From Octopus sinensis (Eukaryota), in contig NC_043000.1 in NCBI RefSeq assembly GCF_006345805.1, forward strand, positions 64,604,001 to 64,668,000: 64,000 nt of DNA, read 5' to 3'. Under the pieces are notes generated by a model, which searched no databases, was not told the origin of the DNA, and saw only the letters and a program-made list of their open reading frames with translations. Made by a program: the position numbers and the translations under genes. This document shows, piece by piece, positions 36,243 through 49,592 of the stretch (position 1 is its first letter; each line of letters begins with the position of its first letter).

Positions 36243-37850
36243 TCATTGTAAGCCTTGTGGTTGATGTAAACTCACAGGTTCTTCCAGTATATACGTGCAC
36301 TTTTATTAGTGACAAATGATCACCTTTCCTTACAATATGAAAAGGGTTGCTTGCATTGGATAGTGGGTCAATTATCTGGCAAAAGGTAGATTCATCAAGA
36401 AGAGAAATGAGAAAGTGGCGAGCTGGTAGAAACGTTAGCGCACTGGGCAAAATGCTGTCGTTACGTTCTAAGTTCAAATTCCGCCAAGGTCGACTTTGCC
36501 TTTCATCCTTTCGGTGTTGATAAATTAAGTGCCAGTTAAGCACTGGGGTCGATGTAATTGACTTAATCCCTTTGTCTGTCCATGTTTGTCCCCTCTATAT
36601 TTAGTCCCTTGTGGGCAATAAAGAAATAAGAAGAGAAATGAGAAAAGCAATAACATACAGTACACAACTACTTTTCAAAGAAATAGACACTTCCTCACAC
36701 TTCACTACTTTTCTGTAACTTAACCTTGCTATATGTGAAACAAGCTTGAGCTGTTCCAACACTCTGTAACTCACTAATGCTTTCTTGTAACATAATGTTA
36801 ACATCAGCTGTATTTACCCTAAATGGATCCATCTTCTAACCTGGAATGCTCATATCTTGCAAGTCACTAAACCAAACTTTCATACCACTGTACAAATGCT
36901 TCAAATGCACAGTAAGATTATTAATGTCTAGTTTAGTGTCACTGGTTATGTCCTATATAATTCTGAATAGTTTCCCATTGAAAGCAGCAATAGCCTCTTT
37001 GCAAGATATAATATTACAGTTTTCTTTTTGTAACTATTTATTCAGTGAATTGAGCTTTTTAAATATATCTGAGAAGTAGGATACATCACACCTGGCAGCA
37101 ACTAACTGTTCACCAAACTACTTGCTATTCAGAAATAACACAATACTGTCCCAAAGTGCTACAAGGCAACAGAAACAATTACCTTTTGATAGCCGTCAAA
37201 TTGTAGCATGTACCAGGAGGCTTTCAAACCTTATGTCATTTTTCTTTTGTCACAAAGTTACCAAAAAAGATGATATTCAAGTACATTCTGTTTGATAAAG
37301 TTGACTGCTCTTATTACAATCAAAAGGGCATCGTGTAGACATCCGCCCAATTATTTTGCAACCAAATGTAGACAGTGGACCACATAGTGTATACAAAAAA
37401 CCTAAGGCATATACTTTTAAATAAGCAACGAACACCTTATGTCTATCTACTATAGAAGCAGCACCATTTTGCACCAAGTTGCATGAACCATTATATAGCC
37501 AAGCTGAATATTGTTTTCTTTGAATTAGGTCTCAAGTTCTTTTAAAATTTTCATCCCAATTTGGTGTCTGTCATATGTCTATGGGCAAAAATCTTTTCTT
37601 GGAGTTGAAAAATTTCACATTCACCATCAGGAAGACATCATTATCCCTTAAATTGGATTCATTGATTTGCAGGGAGAAACTGCTTCACTTGTTATTGTCC
37701 AATTCAGTGTTTTCCTACATCCTCAACCATTTCATCAATGGGCCTTGATATTGATAAGTTGCTCAAAGACATGACCTTGATAATTTCATATGCACAGTCG
37801 AAATCACGACAGAGATATCTAGCAAATTAAAGTTTCACTACTATCATGCA
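36243..37850 (-). pseudogene. Decayed hAT (Buster/Charlie-type) transposase
   Basis: SFSLQINESNLRDNDVFLM, NGAASIVDRHKVFVAYLK, KGDHLSL, HQPQG* C-terminal motif; many stops/frameshifts. Confidence 0.75.
36415..36630 (+). mobile_element. SINE family B with 15-18-bp TSD
   Basis: AAGAAGAGAAATGAGAAA at 36397-36414 and 36628-36645. Confidence 0.92.
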
Positions 37851-38112
37851 GCTTGCTAGCTCCTACAATTACCTTTATGTTTCATTAGATGTAAGTAAAC
37901 CATTGCTTACTTCAGAAAATACATCACTAAATATCTAGTTCAATGTTTTCCTTAATTGGAAACTATTACAGATTTTTTTTTAATGTGCTTAAGTGATTTG
38001 TAATAGTTTCACATTTTATATGATTGCATGCCTCAAATATGACATTAATTTTGTATTCAATGGAATATTGCCAACATGCTTCCTTCATGACATGGGCTAT
38101 GGATAATCTATA

Positions 38113-38262
38113 ATAATAATAATAATAATCTTTTCTACTATAGGCACACAACCTGGATTTTGTGGGGAGGGGGACAATCGATCACATTGATCCCAGTACT
38201 CAACTTGTACTTAATTTATCAACCCCCCAAAGGATGAAAAGCAAAGTTGACTTTGAATTAAT
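38113..38262 (-). mobile_element. SINE family B, 3' part
   Basis: (AAT)n tail, ATAGGCAC.., GGATGAAAAGCAAAGTTGAC. Confidence 0.7.
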
Positions 38263-38269
38263 CATCATC

Positions 38270-38942
38270 ATTTAACGTTCGTTTTCCATGCTAGCATGGG
38301 TTGGATGGTTTGACCGGGGTCTGGGAAGCAAGGAGGCTACACCAGGCTCCAGTCTGATCTGGCAGTGTTTCCGCAGCTGGATGCCCTTCCTAATGCCAAC
38401 AACTCCATGAATGTAATGGGTGCTTTTTACGTGCCACCGGCACAGGGGCCAGAGGGGGCTGGCAATGGCCGCAATTGGTTGGTACTTTTTATGTGCCACT
38501 GGCACATGTATCACAACTACAATTTTCATTTGATTTTTATTTTGATATTGATGTACTTGACTCAGTAGGTCTCCTCAAGCACAGCAAGTAACCCTATGAT
38601 CCAAGGTAAGCACAGCAGGTTGTCCTACAATCCAAGATACTTTTGAATGGGCTGGGGCTGGTTATGCGAAACTGGTGTAGGATACAACCTTGAACTTTAT
38701 TTGTCGGGTTTTCGCAGTTACAGCATATCTCCAGTGATCTCGGTCTTTCGTCATTGCTTCTGTGAGGCCCAACATTCAAAGGTTAGTTAAGACGGCGCTG
38801 GCATCGGCCACGTTCGGATGGTGCTTTTTACGTGCCACCGGCATGGGTATCACAACTACAATTTCCATTTGATTTTTGTTTTGATGTTGATGTACTTGAC
38901 TCAGTAGGTCTCCTCAAGCACAGCAGGTCACCCTATGATCTA
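38270..38942 (-). mobile_element. Two tandem RTE-type LINE 3' fragments
   Basis: 3' UTR + ORF end near 38700-38790, then second partial UTR 38793-38942. Confidence 0.75.
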
Positions 38943-38990
<48 letters not shown>

Positions 38991-39399
38991 CCTTTCTGCT
39001 ATAGGCACAAACAGAGGTTGTAAATAATTGATTGGAACCTTTCTAATCAATTATTTTCTTAACAATCAATTAATTTTAATTGGGATACAGGCCAATCAAT
39101 TATTGCAATTAATTGTCAATTATTTTGCCAAACAGAAAAACTCCATATAATTTGGAGTGTTAGCTTCAATTTAGATAAGAGCCAAAATGACAGGAAAATA
39201 AAAGGCACGTCTTATAGTTTCAAAAAATTTTATTATCAGAAAACATTCAAAGTTAAATTTTATTGATTTAGAATAGGGGACAAGCAACATGTTGTACAGT
39301 TGTTGAAAAATAAATAAATTGAAGGTCTTTAATTGTAAGAGTTTCTCAAACAAATAGCACAATTAAAATGTTCTAATATAGTTCTAAAAGGTCATGAAC

Positions 39400-40890
39400 G
39401 ATTGCAGATTTCTGAAACTAGTTCTTCATCCCAGAAAGCGCAATTGACTTTTAGAAATAATTGACATTAAGTATTGCTGAAAATCACTAAAAGCGTAACT
39501 CACTGAGCTGAAGAAATGTTCCAAGATACTGGATATTGGTAACAAAAATCTACAGTTCAGGTGTTGTTGAGGTGAAATTTTATCTTTTTTGTGTTTTTTC
39601 AAACAAATTGAAGCAATATCATCATCTTCTACAGGTAAATCAGACTGTTGTGATGTGTCTGTCACCACTTTCAGCTGATGTAGAGTAACCACTTCATCTG
39701 CAGTTAGCTCTGCTTCTGCATGTTGTAAAACGTTCACAACTCCACTTTCAAAATTTGGGCTGTGCACAATGGCTGCCAATGGAAGCAAATATTTTTTAAA
39801 CTTGTAAGGATACAGAGCGAGAATTTCATCAAAAAGAATTCAAGCATCTCCCAAATCTATTTCTGTTCTTTGCAAGGCGACTGTTACTGAGCATAACTGT
39901 CCTAAATTGTCTTTAAGAGTCTGCAGATCATTATGATCATGTGGAGTCAACAGATAATGAACCAGCTTTGGATTGCCTTGAAAAGAGTCTAAAAATGGCT
40001 TGAGTTGGATGTACCTCTTAATCATGTCATAAGAACTGGACCAACAAGTTTTATTTCTTTCTATAGGTTGTAAAGGCATTCTTTCTCAAAGTCTACCTAC
40101 AAGTTTTGATTATTTTAGCTTGTCCATCAACATATTAATTTTATCAAGCAGAACTTCCTGCTTGTCGAGATAAGCAGAAACAGTTAGATTAAATTTACGA
40201 GAGACATCCAATCAATGGAATTCTACACAAATTCGCTACAGATTTGTTCACTTCAGTATTATCTCCGGTAATAGCTACAAAACTTTCTAAATTTTTGTTA
40301 TAGATACTTAACACATACTCTATAAATTCAACATAATCAGAAGCAGTGAATGATGTTTCACTTACCATTGGCGAAAATGCCAGCAAAACAGTACAATAGT
40401 CATTTTGATAATTGCACAAATAAGATGCAAAAAGTCCAATCAAATGCATTGAACCCCTAGTTCAACCATTGATTACCAACGAAAATTTACTTGGAAGTTC
40501 ATCAGATATTTTCTTTTCCACTTCTTGAGTAAGTTTCTCCAAGTATTTCTTTAAGGTCACATTTGTCATATTTCTCAAAAGTGTGTACTTATGAGTCAGT
40601 GGGTCTTCAGTAAAGGAAAATGATTTTAAACCAACACATACCCACTCAATCCAACCATAAACATTTAAGGCCGAGCGACTGACCAAACTACATCTTGGTG
40701 AAAGAAAACTCGATAAAGATGGTCGTCCAGTTACTCTGGATGCTGCTTTTTTTATATGATTCATAAGATTTGTCCATCCAGTTCCTTTTTTTCTGTGTCA
40801 ACTTTTCTCCACACTTGCATTTCCATACATGTTCACTGTCTGTTTGGTTTAAATATTTTCTGATGATTTGCTTGTTTTCACGCAGCATGG
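39400..40890 (-). pseudogene. hAT transposase (frameshifted)
   Basis: WKCKCG zinc-finger-like N-terminus, FSLVING (D to N), TGDNTEVN..LIGC, TCWSSSYDM, LPISSILEHFFS. Confidence 0.85.
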
Positions 40891-41035
40891 GTTAATTTAA
40901 AATAAAAGATATTTCACCACAGTTTAGAATAGATGTTTTGCCACTCCACTGATGAAAGTCTGGTTCAGTTAATACGTTGGAGCAGAATTCAAGATACAAC
41001 CATGTTACAGATGAAGTTATGATTTAATGACTTGA

Positions 41036-41345
41036 AGGCAGAATGTGTGAATCATTCTTGGCAGTCAGAATCATGACAGTGATTATTTGACAACATACAC
41101 AATAGCCAATTCCCAAACACAACAGAATGTGTGAATTATTCTCGGCAGTCCTAACCAAGCATCAACACTCAACAGCAGTTACTTCACAAGAGACACAATA
41201 GCCAATTCCCAAGCATGATAGAATATGTATCATTCTCAGTGGTCCGAATCAAGCATCAACACTTGACAACATACACAATAGTCAATTCCTAAGCATGACA
41301 GAATGTGTGAGTCATTCACAGCAATCAGAACAAAGCATCAACACA
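41036..41345. repeat. About 80-bp minisatellite (about 4 diverged units) inside hAT
   Basis: Recurring AGAATGTGTGAATCATTCT.GGCAGTC and ACACAATAGCCAATTCCC. Confidence 0.7.
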
Positions 41346-41689
41346 ATACCTCAATAATAGAATGCTGTATTTGCCAACTGAACGTCAAATGAAGCATGAG
41401 CCATTTGAAAAACTTTTGCTGACAATGTTGCAATTAACATATATATTGTAATTAATTTTTCATCAATTAATTTTTTACAACCCCTGGGCATAAGGCCTGA
41501 AATTTTGTGGGAGGGGACTAGTCAATTACATTGACCCCAGTGTTTCACTGGTACTAAATTTATCGACACCAAAAGGATGAAAGGCAAAGTTAACCTCAGC
41601 AGAATTTGAACTCAGAACATAGTGATGGGTGAAATACTGTTAAGTGTTTTGTTCAGCATACTAACAATTCTGCTAGCTCACTACCTTAA

Positions 41690-41919
41690 TAATAATAATA
41701 ATCCCTTTTACTATAGGCACAAGGGCAGCCATTTTGGGGTAGGGGATGTGTCAATTACATCAACCCTAGTGTTCAACTGGGACTTAATTTATCAACCCTG
41801 TAAGGATGAAAGGCAAAGTTGACCTCAGCGGAATTTGAACTCAGAACAGAGTGACGGGTGAAATACTGCTAAGCATTTAGCCCGGTGTGCTAACAAGTCT
41901 GCCAGCTTGTCTCCTTGAT

Positions 41920-41950
<31 letters not shown>

Positions 41951-42330
41951 TAACAATAATAATAATAGTAGTCCTTTCATAATAATGATTTCTTTTATTG
42001 GCCACAAGGGCCCAAACATGGAGGACAATATTAAAGGATGAGTTACAACACACAGAAACAAAAAAAAAAAACAGGTGGGGTTCACATCGACCAAAGGACA
42101 ACACTACCACATTAAATGATATAACAAAGGATATATAATAATAATAATAATAATTTCAAATTTTGGCACAAGGCCAGCAATTTTGGGGAGGGGAAAGTTG
42201 ATGGCATCGATCCAGTACTCATTTTATACTTATTTTGTTGACCTCAAAAGGATGAAAAGCAAAGTTGACCTTGGTGGAATTTGAACTCAATGTAAAGACA
42301 GATGAAATGGTGCTTAGCATTTTGCCCAGG
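41690..42330 (-). mobile_element. Two SINE B copies (41690-41910, 42140-42330)
   Basis: Family B bodies with (AAT)n tails. Confidence 0.8.
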
Positions 42331-42918
42331 TCCTGATGCAATACCAATGCCCTGATGCAGTATCAGGCACTGGCTCTCATGGCTTCTGATCTTAACTGAT
42401 TTGAAGTGTTATCATGTACATATTTTGTTTTGGTATAAAAAGATGAACTACAGCAAATATTCTGCTCTATACCACAGACTTGCTTGTCAGTTGCTTAACC
42501 TTAATCACTTGAGCATGTCCCTCAGTTGCTGACGATATGTGCATCATAGATCACAAGCAGAAGTAGTGGGGGAGCATCGTAGCTATGTATTGAGGGAATT
42601 CTATGGGGTTTGAATAATTCACCCCTGGAAACATGGGTGTTTTATTCATCATCCTTAAATAACCCTCATTCAGAGAATTTTTGAGTGGGATGAACTACTC
42701 GACCTGAAGAAAATACTAACTGGGCTCCACCTACAAGGTCATGTGCAGTTTATCTTGATATGAGATCACCATGTCATGTACATATGATTGTGATGCGTGT
42801 GCCTGGTGTACTCTTATCAGACGGGTGGTGATGATGGGTATATTGGGTTTCGTATATTTGTAACCCAGTGCCACTTTGATGGCATGCATTACTCTCTCAC
42901 TCAATAATAATAATAATA
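42330..42918 (+). mobile_element. Unclassified retroposon-like repeat ending in (AAT)n
   Basis: Ends ...GGCATGCATTACTCTCTCACTC(AAT)n; no ORF; class inferred from tail only. Confidence 0.4.
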
Positions 42919-43203
42919 CACAAAAAAAGATCACTAATCTGCTTAATTAATTACTTGTTTCATTCACTAGACTGTGGTCATACTGGGGCACTGCCTTGAA
43001 AGGTTTTAGTTGAACAAATTGATCTCAGTACCGATTTTTAAGCCTCAAACTTATTCTGTCAGTGCTTTTTGGTGAACTGCTAAGCTATGGGATGAAAACA
43101 AACTATAACTTGTTGTTAAATGGCAGTTGAGGACATGTACAACACTAACACACAAACACATATATATACAAATACATGCATACATACATATATATATTTA
43201 TAT

Positions 43204-43429
43204 ATTGTTGTATTTCGGAATGGTCATTTTGCCAATTTAGCCAATAAAAACACACGCACTATATATTTGGTGTTACTCTGCTTCAGTGTTATTTATTTAT
43301 TACATTAATCTTAATCTTATTTCAGCCAGAGTTCTTTCGTCACACGCCTGTGACCGCATCAGTGGTCCTTTGCTTTCTTCTTTCTTATTTGTGTGTCTCT
43401 CCTTACTAACTGCCAGCCATTTTGTGTAC

Positions 43430-43432
<3 letters not shown>
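43204..43432 (-). mobile_element. Hammerhead family 1 repeat copy
   Basis: Homologous to 1440-1660; hammerhead at 43326-43365 with A9C. Confidence 0.6.
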
Positions 43433-43515
<83 letters not shown>

Positions 43516-43554
43516 CATACATATATATATATTATATATATATATATATATATA

Positions 43555-43700
43555 TCATCATCATCATCATCGTCGTTTAACGTCCGTTCCCCATGCTAGC
43601 ATGGGTTGGACGGTTCGACCGGGGTTCTGGGAAGCCAGAAGGCTGCACCAGGCTCCAGTCTAATTTGGCAATGTTTCTACAGCTGGATGCCCTTCCTAAT
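43555..43700 (-). mobile_element. RTE-type LINE 3' tip
   Basis: Near-identical to 21058-21200. Confidence 0.85.
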
Positions 43701-43819
43701 ATGCATATATATATGTGTGTGTGTGTTTGTGTATAATTCATTGTAAGATTCATTTGAATCAAGGTATTTTAACATTCAGGACATCAGGAAAGGGCTGTGT
43801 TCAGCACATGTGTGTGTAT

Positions 43820-44039
43820 CCCTTTAGTATTTAAACCTGGCCATATCCGGCCAAAATAGTTAATCTGTTTTATGTTCAAACTGACCAGATCCAGGCTCTC
43901 ACACCTACCCTACAATGTTATTCTACATTAAGTAATTACACCATCAACATCTTGAAGATATGAGATAATGCATGATTAATTCAAATCAATGTGAATCAAT
44001 AAGCATTATGTTTGATAGAATAATCTGAACACTAAAGGG
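43820..44039. mobile_element. piggyBac-type MITE
   Basis: CCCTTTAGT ... ACTAAAGGG termini. Confidence 0.7.
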
Positions 44040-44599
44040 GTATACCACATCCGTACATACATGTACATGTAAATATGTATGTACAGGCACACATATATAC
44101 ACACATACGTATAAAAATATACATATACATGCAAATATATAGCCATGCATGCACGCATCTTGGTTCATGATTAAAATGAAAGTTCCATATCCAGCGTAGG
44201 GGAGGTTCTAGATATGGTATTCACCTAAAATAATAACACAAATGGATTAAAGATTCACTTCAGCTGTCTCAGACACATTTTTTATGGCTGAACAGTTTCA
44301 TTACATCATTGCTCCACAACCAGTATGCTGTGGCACACTGGTGTGTCATAAAACAATGCTAGGTGTGGCACAGGGTAACCTGAATATAATTTTTTCCCCT
44401 ATATTTTTAGTTCAAGTGCATCGCCAAATTTTGAAAAGAATATATGTGTATTGCAAGTGAAAAAAGGCTGTGGAGCACTGGATTACATCATGGAAAAAGC
44501 ATTTTCATCAGGTGATTAAAACTTGATTGAGAGAAAAAATACCGCAACATGTGGATTGATCCTCTCACTTAGGCATCATTGATGGGAGTGTAAATAACT

Positions 44600-44835
44600 G
44601 AGGGTTAGCTTCCAGAAACATGACATCCTAGCTCACCAGACCTCAATCCACTAAAGTATTATGCATAGGGTGTAGCCAAGAGACAGGTCAATCAACACCC
44701 TCATAAAACCTCTCAAGTCCACCACAACCAGCATTATGTCCAAAATTGATAATGATTATCTGATTCAGGCATTTCAACACTTCTGATGTCATACTGAAAC
44801 AGCCATTGATGCTAACAGTGGATACATTCAATAGG
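44600..44835 (+). pseudogene. Tc1/mariner transposase C-terminal fragment
   Basis: PSSPDLNPLKYYA*GV...AIDANSGYIQ*. Confidence 0.6.
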
Positions 44836-45629
44836 TGTGATAAAAGGATTCTCAAGATTATTTGTACAAATTTCTTTTCAAATACAGTTTTTCTTAGATG
44901 AGCTATGTGTCTTTTTCTAAATTCATACTACAAATGACCTCAAAAAACTGATGCACTTTGTATGTGAGTGTGTGCATGTATATATATATTTATGTCGGGT
45001 CATCCCATAAATAATGCATTTTCTATACTTCATTATTTTTCAAAATTAAGATAAACAAAGTTCTTTTTTAATCTAAAATATACTACTCTCCTTCATTTTC
45101 TACAATGCTCTTCCATCTACACTCCTTATATAATTGTCCAATTTTATATTATATTCCTGAGTGTAATGTGTCTAAATTTCCATATATCAAATTTTATCTA
45201 ACCCTGATACTATACTAGATTCTTGCCTATCTGTAATAGTTGTTTATTCATCTTATAAAGAGGTGAAATGAGAATAAAACATTAAATTTGTATCTAACGA
45301 TGGAAGGAAACAGAAACCAAATGCAACAAGATGAGCTGAAGTTAGCAACTAATTTTATGACAAGTAATGTCATACTACTCTGCCCAGTGGGTGTGACCAA
45401 ATATCTTCATAGTAATTCTTAAATGTTATTATTTCTATATAAATAATGTTGCATGACGCAGTATTGAAACAAGTGTATTCATTTAACATGTTAAATATGA
45501 CAAGACCATGAATATATTTTATTCAGTATTGCTTTGTGCAACATTGTTTACTTAATTCTAGCTTAATGAAGCTTTAGGCATGTCAGCTAACATGTCAGTT
45601 GTTTTAGTAATAATGACTGCAAGTTTTGG

Positions 45630-45812
45630 CATAAGTTCAGAAATTTGGGGGAAGAGGATAAATTGTTCCCAGTGTTCAACTGGCACTTATTTTATCCACC
45701 CCAAAAGGATGAAAGGCAAAGTTGATCCCAACAGCATTTGAACTCAGAACGTAATTATGGACAAAATACTGCTAAGCATTTTGCCCAGTATGCTAATGAT
45801 TCAGCCAGCTCA
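45630..45812 (-). mobile_element. SINE family B
   Basis: AAAGGATGAAAGGCAAAGTTGA...TTTGAACTCAGAAC. Confidence 0.75.
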
Positions 45813-46043
45813 CCACATTTGCTGTTTTGATAATAATAATTCCATTCTTATTGGGCTGTGGCTGACAGATTTGGTGTCCGTAGTTGATGAAGCAAAAGAA
45901 TGCAAGAATGCATGTATCCTATGATCCAATGACATCATTCACAGCTCAAGATAAATTTTTCCTTGTGTCTAAGAGAAGAATGTTCTATTTCCCTAGTGGA
46001 AGGTCTTCTCATATCCAAATGCACTCAGACATATGTTAAATAT

Positions 46044-46430
46044 ATATTGGGTTTTCCGGAAAGTTCGTGCTGATTTTTAAAGGTAAGAAAAAAGCCAATA
46101 AATACTTGCCATTTCATTCTTAATCAACCAAATATGAACTATTTTGTTGCACAATGCATCTCCAGCTTCCCTTTAACTTGAAAATACCCTCTTCCCAGAA
46201 TTGAGGTGGTTTCATGGCAAAGAATTCATCAAGATAATTTTTCATGTCATTCAAGGAATTGAAATTTTTACCATTAAGACTATTCTGCAGAGACCTGAAT
46301 AAGTGGAAATCTGAAGGAACAATATCTGGTGAATATGGAGGGTGGGGTAACACATCCCAGCTGAGCTGCAGCAATTTTTGTCTGGTTCCCAAAGCATCAA
46401 CTGCCGAAAATGAACTTTCTTATCTTCCAT
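46044..46430 (-). mobile_element. Mariner (DD34D-type) 3' end
   Basis: ORF 46120-46392 WDVLPHPPYSPDIVPSDFHLFRSLQN; TA|TATTGGGTTTTCCGGAAAGTTCG TIR. Confidence 0.85.
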
Positions 46431-46454
46431 TTTAAAGGGTTACAGAATTAACAC

Positions 46455-46640
46455 ATGCTGGGTAAAATGTTTGCAGCATTTCTTCTAGCTTCATGTTTTA
46501 AGTTCAAATTTTGCTGAGGTTGACGTTGCCTATTGTGGGGCAGATGAAATAATTAGCAGTTGAGCACTTAAGTCAATGTAAATGACTAGCCCCCATCCCT
46601 CAAAATTTCAGGCCTTAAACCTATAGTAGAAAGGATTATT
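46455..46640 (+). mobile_element. SINE family B, decayed
   Basis: AAGTTCAAATTTTGCTGAGGTTGAC...CAGGCCTT. Confidence 0.6.
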
Positions 46641-47696
46641 CCCCCAAATTAGTAAATCCAATAGTGGTCACAGTTATTGGAAGGGAAATAATAGTTTCAA
46701 TATGATGAAATGATTATTTCCCATGTAAATCCCATGGGGTTAGTTTATAAAAATAAATAATTTCAGATACCATAAGGAATGAAAAAAACTTAACATTATT
46801 GTAGTTGTTTTAAACCCCAGGCCAACCTTAATCAAACAAACCTATGATCAAATTTATTCTGGCCATGACCACTCTGTCTTTTGTGGGTTATGTTGGACTA
46901 TATTATTTAATGTTTTCTGTCCTCATATAAGACAATAGAATATGATTAAAAGAAATTTAGTTGTTATCTTTAGCAGGTTGAGCAACTATATAGAGGCTCC
47001 ATAATTGGTTTGGTCACAGGTTCTTCAAATGGATTTGAAGGATTTGGAATGATAAAGTGATGTCCAGAAGTGGTAGGAACAATGATGGAGTTCATGATTT
47101 CAGCTAAGTTCAACTCCAGTCAGACACTCTCTATTCACTTGTCTCACCTTCTCCTGTCAGTCATATTGTATTCAAACCCCTCATTAATCACTACATTAAT
47201 TCTATCTTTGTGTACATCTCTTTTCCACAAGTATTATTTTGTCACAGTTTGGGTGGAATGTTAACAGCGTTAATAGTGTCAGTCACTGATCTCAGCAATC
47301 TTGATGAACTTTAACCTAAGGTAAAATTTCTCAGAATTATCTCCATTACTTGCTGTCATAATAATGTTCATTATTGTCTCAAATTGTTTTCCTTATACAA
47401 CATATTTGATGTACATTACTCTTCAATGTTTTAATGTTTAAATATGGTTTCATCTAATGAAGCATTGTCTGGTTGTCTGGATGGTTATTACTCAGGATGT
47501 CATACCTATGTTCAAACTTTTTAATGGTCTCAATTTTCTTTTTTTGCCTTTCTGCTACTCTTTTCAAATTACACATTCATACTTATGTCATACCTACATT
47601 CAATATGTAGTATCTTAATCCAATATTACATTTAATTCCATTCAAAGCTCCTAAAATCCAAGAACCAATTTTATGAGATATAACTGACTCATTTCA

Positions 47697-48310
47697 ATCC
47701 TTTAACATTTGGATTACTCTGTCAAATATAATACTTGTTTATTCACATTGTTTTTGAATTAATCATGCATTATTTTGTGGCTTCAAGACTTGCATGATGT
47801 GATTAATCTTTTACTTGTTTCAGTCATTTGACTGTGACCATGCTGGAGCACCGCTTTTAGTCGAGCAAATCAACCCCAGGACTTATTCTTTGTAAGCCTA
47901 GTACTTATTCTATCGGTCTCTTTTGCTGAACTGCTAAGTTACGGGGACGTAAACACACCAGCATCAGTTGTCAAGCGATGTTGCAGAGACAAACACAGAC
48001 GCACAAATATATACATACATATATACGATGGGCTTCTTTCAGTTTCTGTCTACCAAATCCACTCACATGGCTTTGGTTGGTCCGAGGCTATAGTAGAAGA
48101 CACTTGCCCATAGTGCCATCCAGTGGGACTGAACCTGGAACCATGTGGTTGGTGAACAAGCTACTTACCACATAGCCACTCCTGCGCCTACGATTGTTTA
48201 TTTTTAGAATGACGTTGTAGGGTAGGTGTGAAAGGTTGAATATGGTTGGTTTGAACATAAACAGGTAGAATATTTGGGCTGGATATGACTGGTTTAAATG
48301 TTAAAGGGTA
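47697..48310. mobile_element. piggyBac-type MITE with nested full SINE A (47807-48188, -)
   Basis: MITE halves match uninterrupted copy at 50703-50912; GATT duplicated at 47801 and 48192. Confidence 0.85.
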
Positions 48311-48546
48311 AAAGTCTCTGTCTTTTTGGGATGCTGTGCCTGTCACTGTCACCAAATTAAATCTGCCTGACAAATAAATCTATCATCATTAGAAACAGTC
48401 AGTAGACATTGTCCTACTTTAGAGTTATGTCATCTCTTGATAAATTTCATAGTTGCTCATTTCCTGAATCCTGAAATGAAGATTTTTACCAAAGACTTTT
48501 CAGAACTATACCCATTCCACCTAGTAATTAGCTTACAACAAATTTT

Positions 48547-49592
48547 AGGCATGGCTGGGTGGTAAGAAGCTTGCTTCCCAACCATATGGTTCTGGATTCA
48601 TTCCCACTGCAAGGTAGCTTGAGCAAGTGTCTTCTAATATAGCCTTGGGCTGACCAAAGCCTTGTGAGTAGATTTGGTAGATGGAAACTGAAAGACGCTT
48701 ATCATAAATATATATATATATATAATATATATATATATATGCATGTGTGTATGTGTCTTTGTGTCTGTTTGCCCCTAACACTGCTTGACAACCAATGTTG
48801 GTGTGTTTACATCCCTGTAATATATCAGTTCAGAAAAAAAGACCGATAGAATAAGTACCAGGCTTAAAAAGAAAATAAGTACTGTTGTCGATTCGGTTGA
48901 CTAAAATTCTTCAAGGCAGTGCCCCAGCATGGTCACAGTCTAACGACTAAAACAAGTGAGAGATAAAGGTAAAGATAACAAATCTCACTTTACTAACCTC
49001 ATTTCTCCAGCTCAGGAATGCTGTAAGCTCTTCTGTCAGGTCTTCTTTTACTTCACAAAAGTTGATCAAATTTTGCTGATATCTTATTCATGCTCTGTTT
49101 AGTTCTGTTGGTATATTCATTTAGTTGTGTTTTGTCTTCTTGATCATCTGATAATTTTGTGTGAATATTTCATAGATTCATAGGCACAGGTGTAGCAGCA
49201 TGGTAAGAAATTTGTTTCTCAACCGCATGATTCCAGTTTCAGTCCCACTGAGTGGCACCCTGGGCAAGTGTCTTCTACCAGAGCCCCAGGCTGATCAAAA
49301 CCTTGAAAGTGGATTTGGTTGAGGGAAACTGAAAGAAACTTGTCATGGGTGTGTTTGTATGTGAGTGTGCATGTGCGCATGCATGTTTATGTGTGTGTGT
49401 GTTTGTTCCCCACAACCACTTGACAACCAGGATTGGTTTGTTTATGTCTCCCATAACTTACCAGTTTGACAAAAGGGAATGATGGACTAAGTATCTGACA
49501 TGAAAAATAAGCACTGGGGTTGATTTGTTTGACTAAACCCTTCAAGGCAGTGCTCCAGCATGACCGCAATCCAATGACTGAAACAAGTAGAA
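48547..49592 (+). mobile_element. Two SINE A copies (48547-48972, 49183-49592)
   Basis: Family A head/body/tail. Confidence 0.8.

Larger units (their letters stand above)
39012..41486 (-). mobile_element. hAT DNA transposon, 2475 bp, inserted in a SINE B
   Basis: TIRs CAG(A/G)GGTTGTAAA(T/A)AATT(G/A)ATTG; 8-bp TSD GGCACAAA/GGCATAAG; SINE halves at about 38945-39011 and 41487-41685. Confidence 0.9.

Noticed and set aside
40944-40983. CTCCA-CTGATGA...TGGAG inside hAT
   Set aside because: Stem I pairs but GAAA is absent (TAATAC); too degenerate to call.
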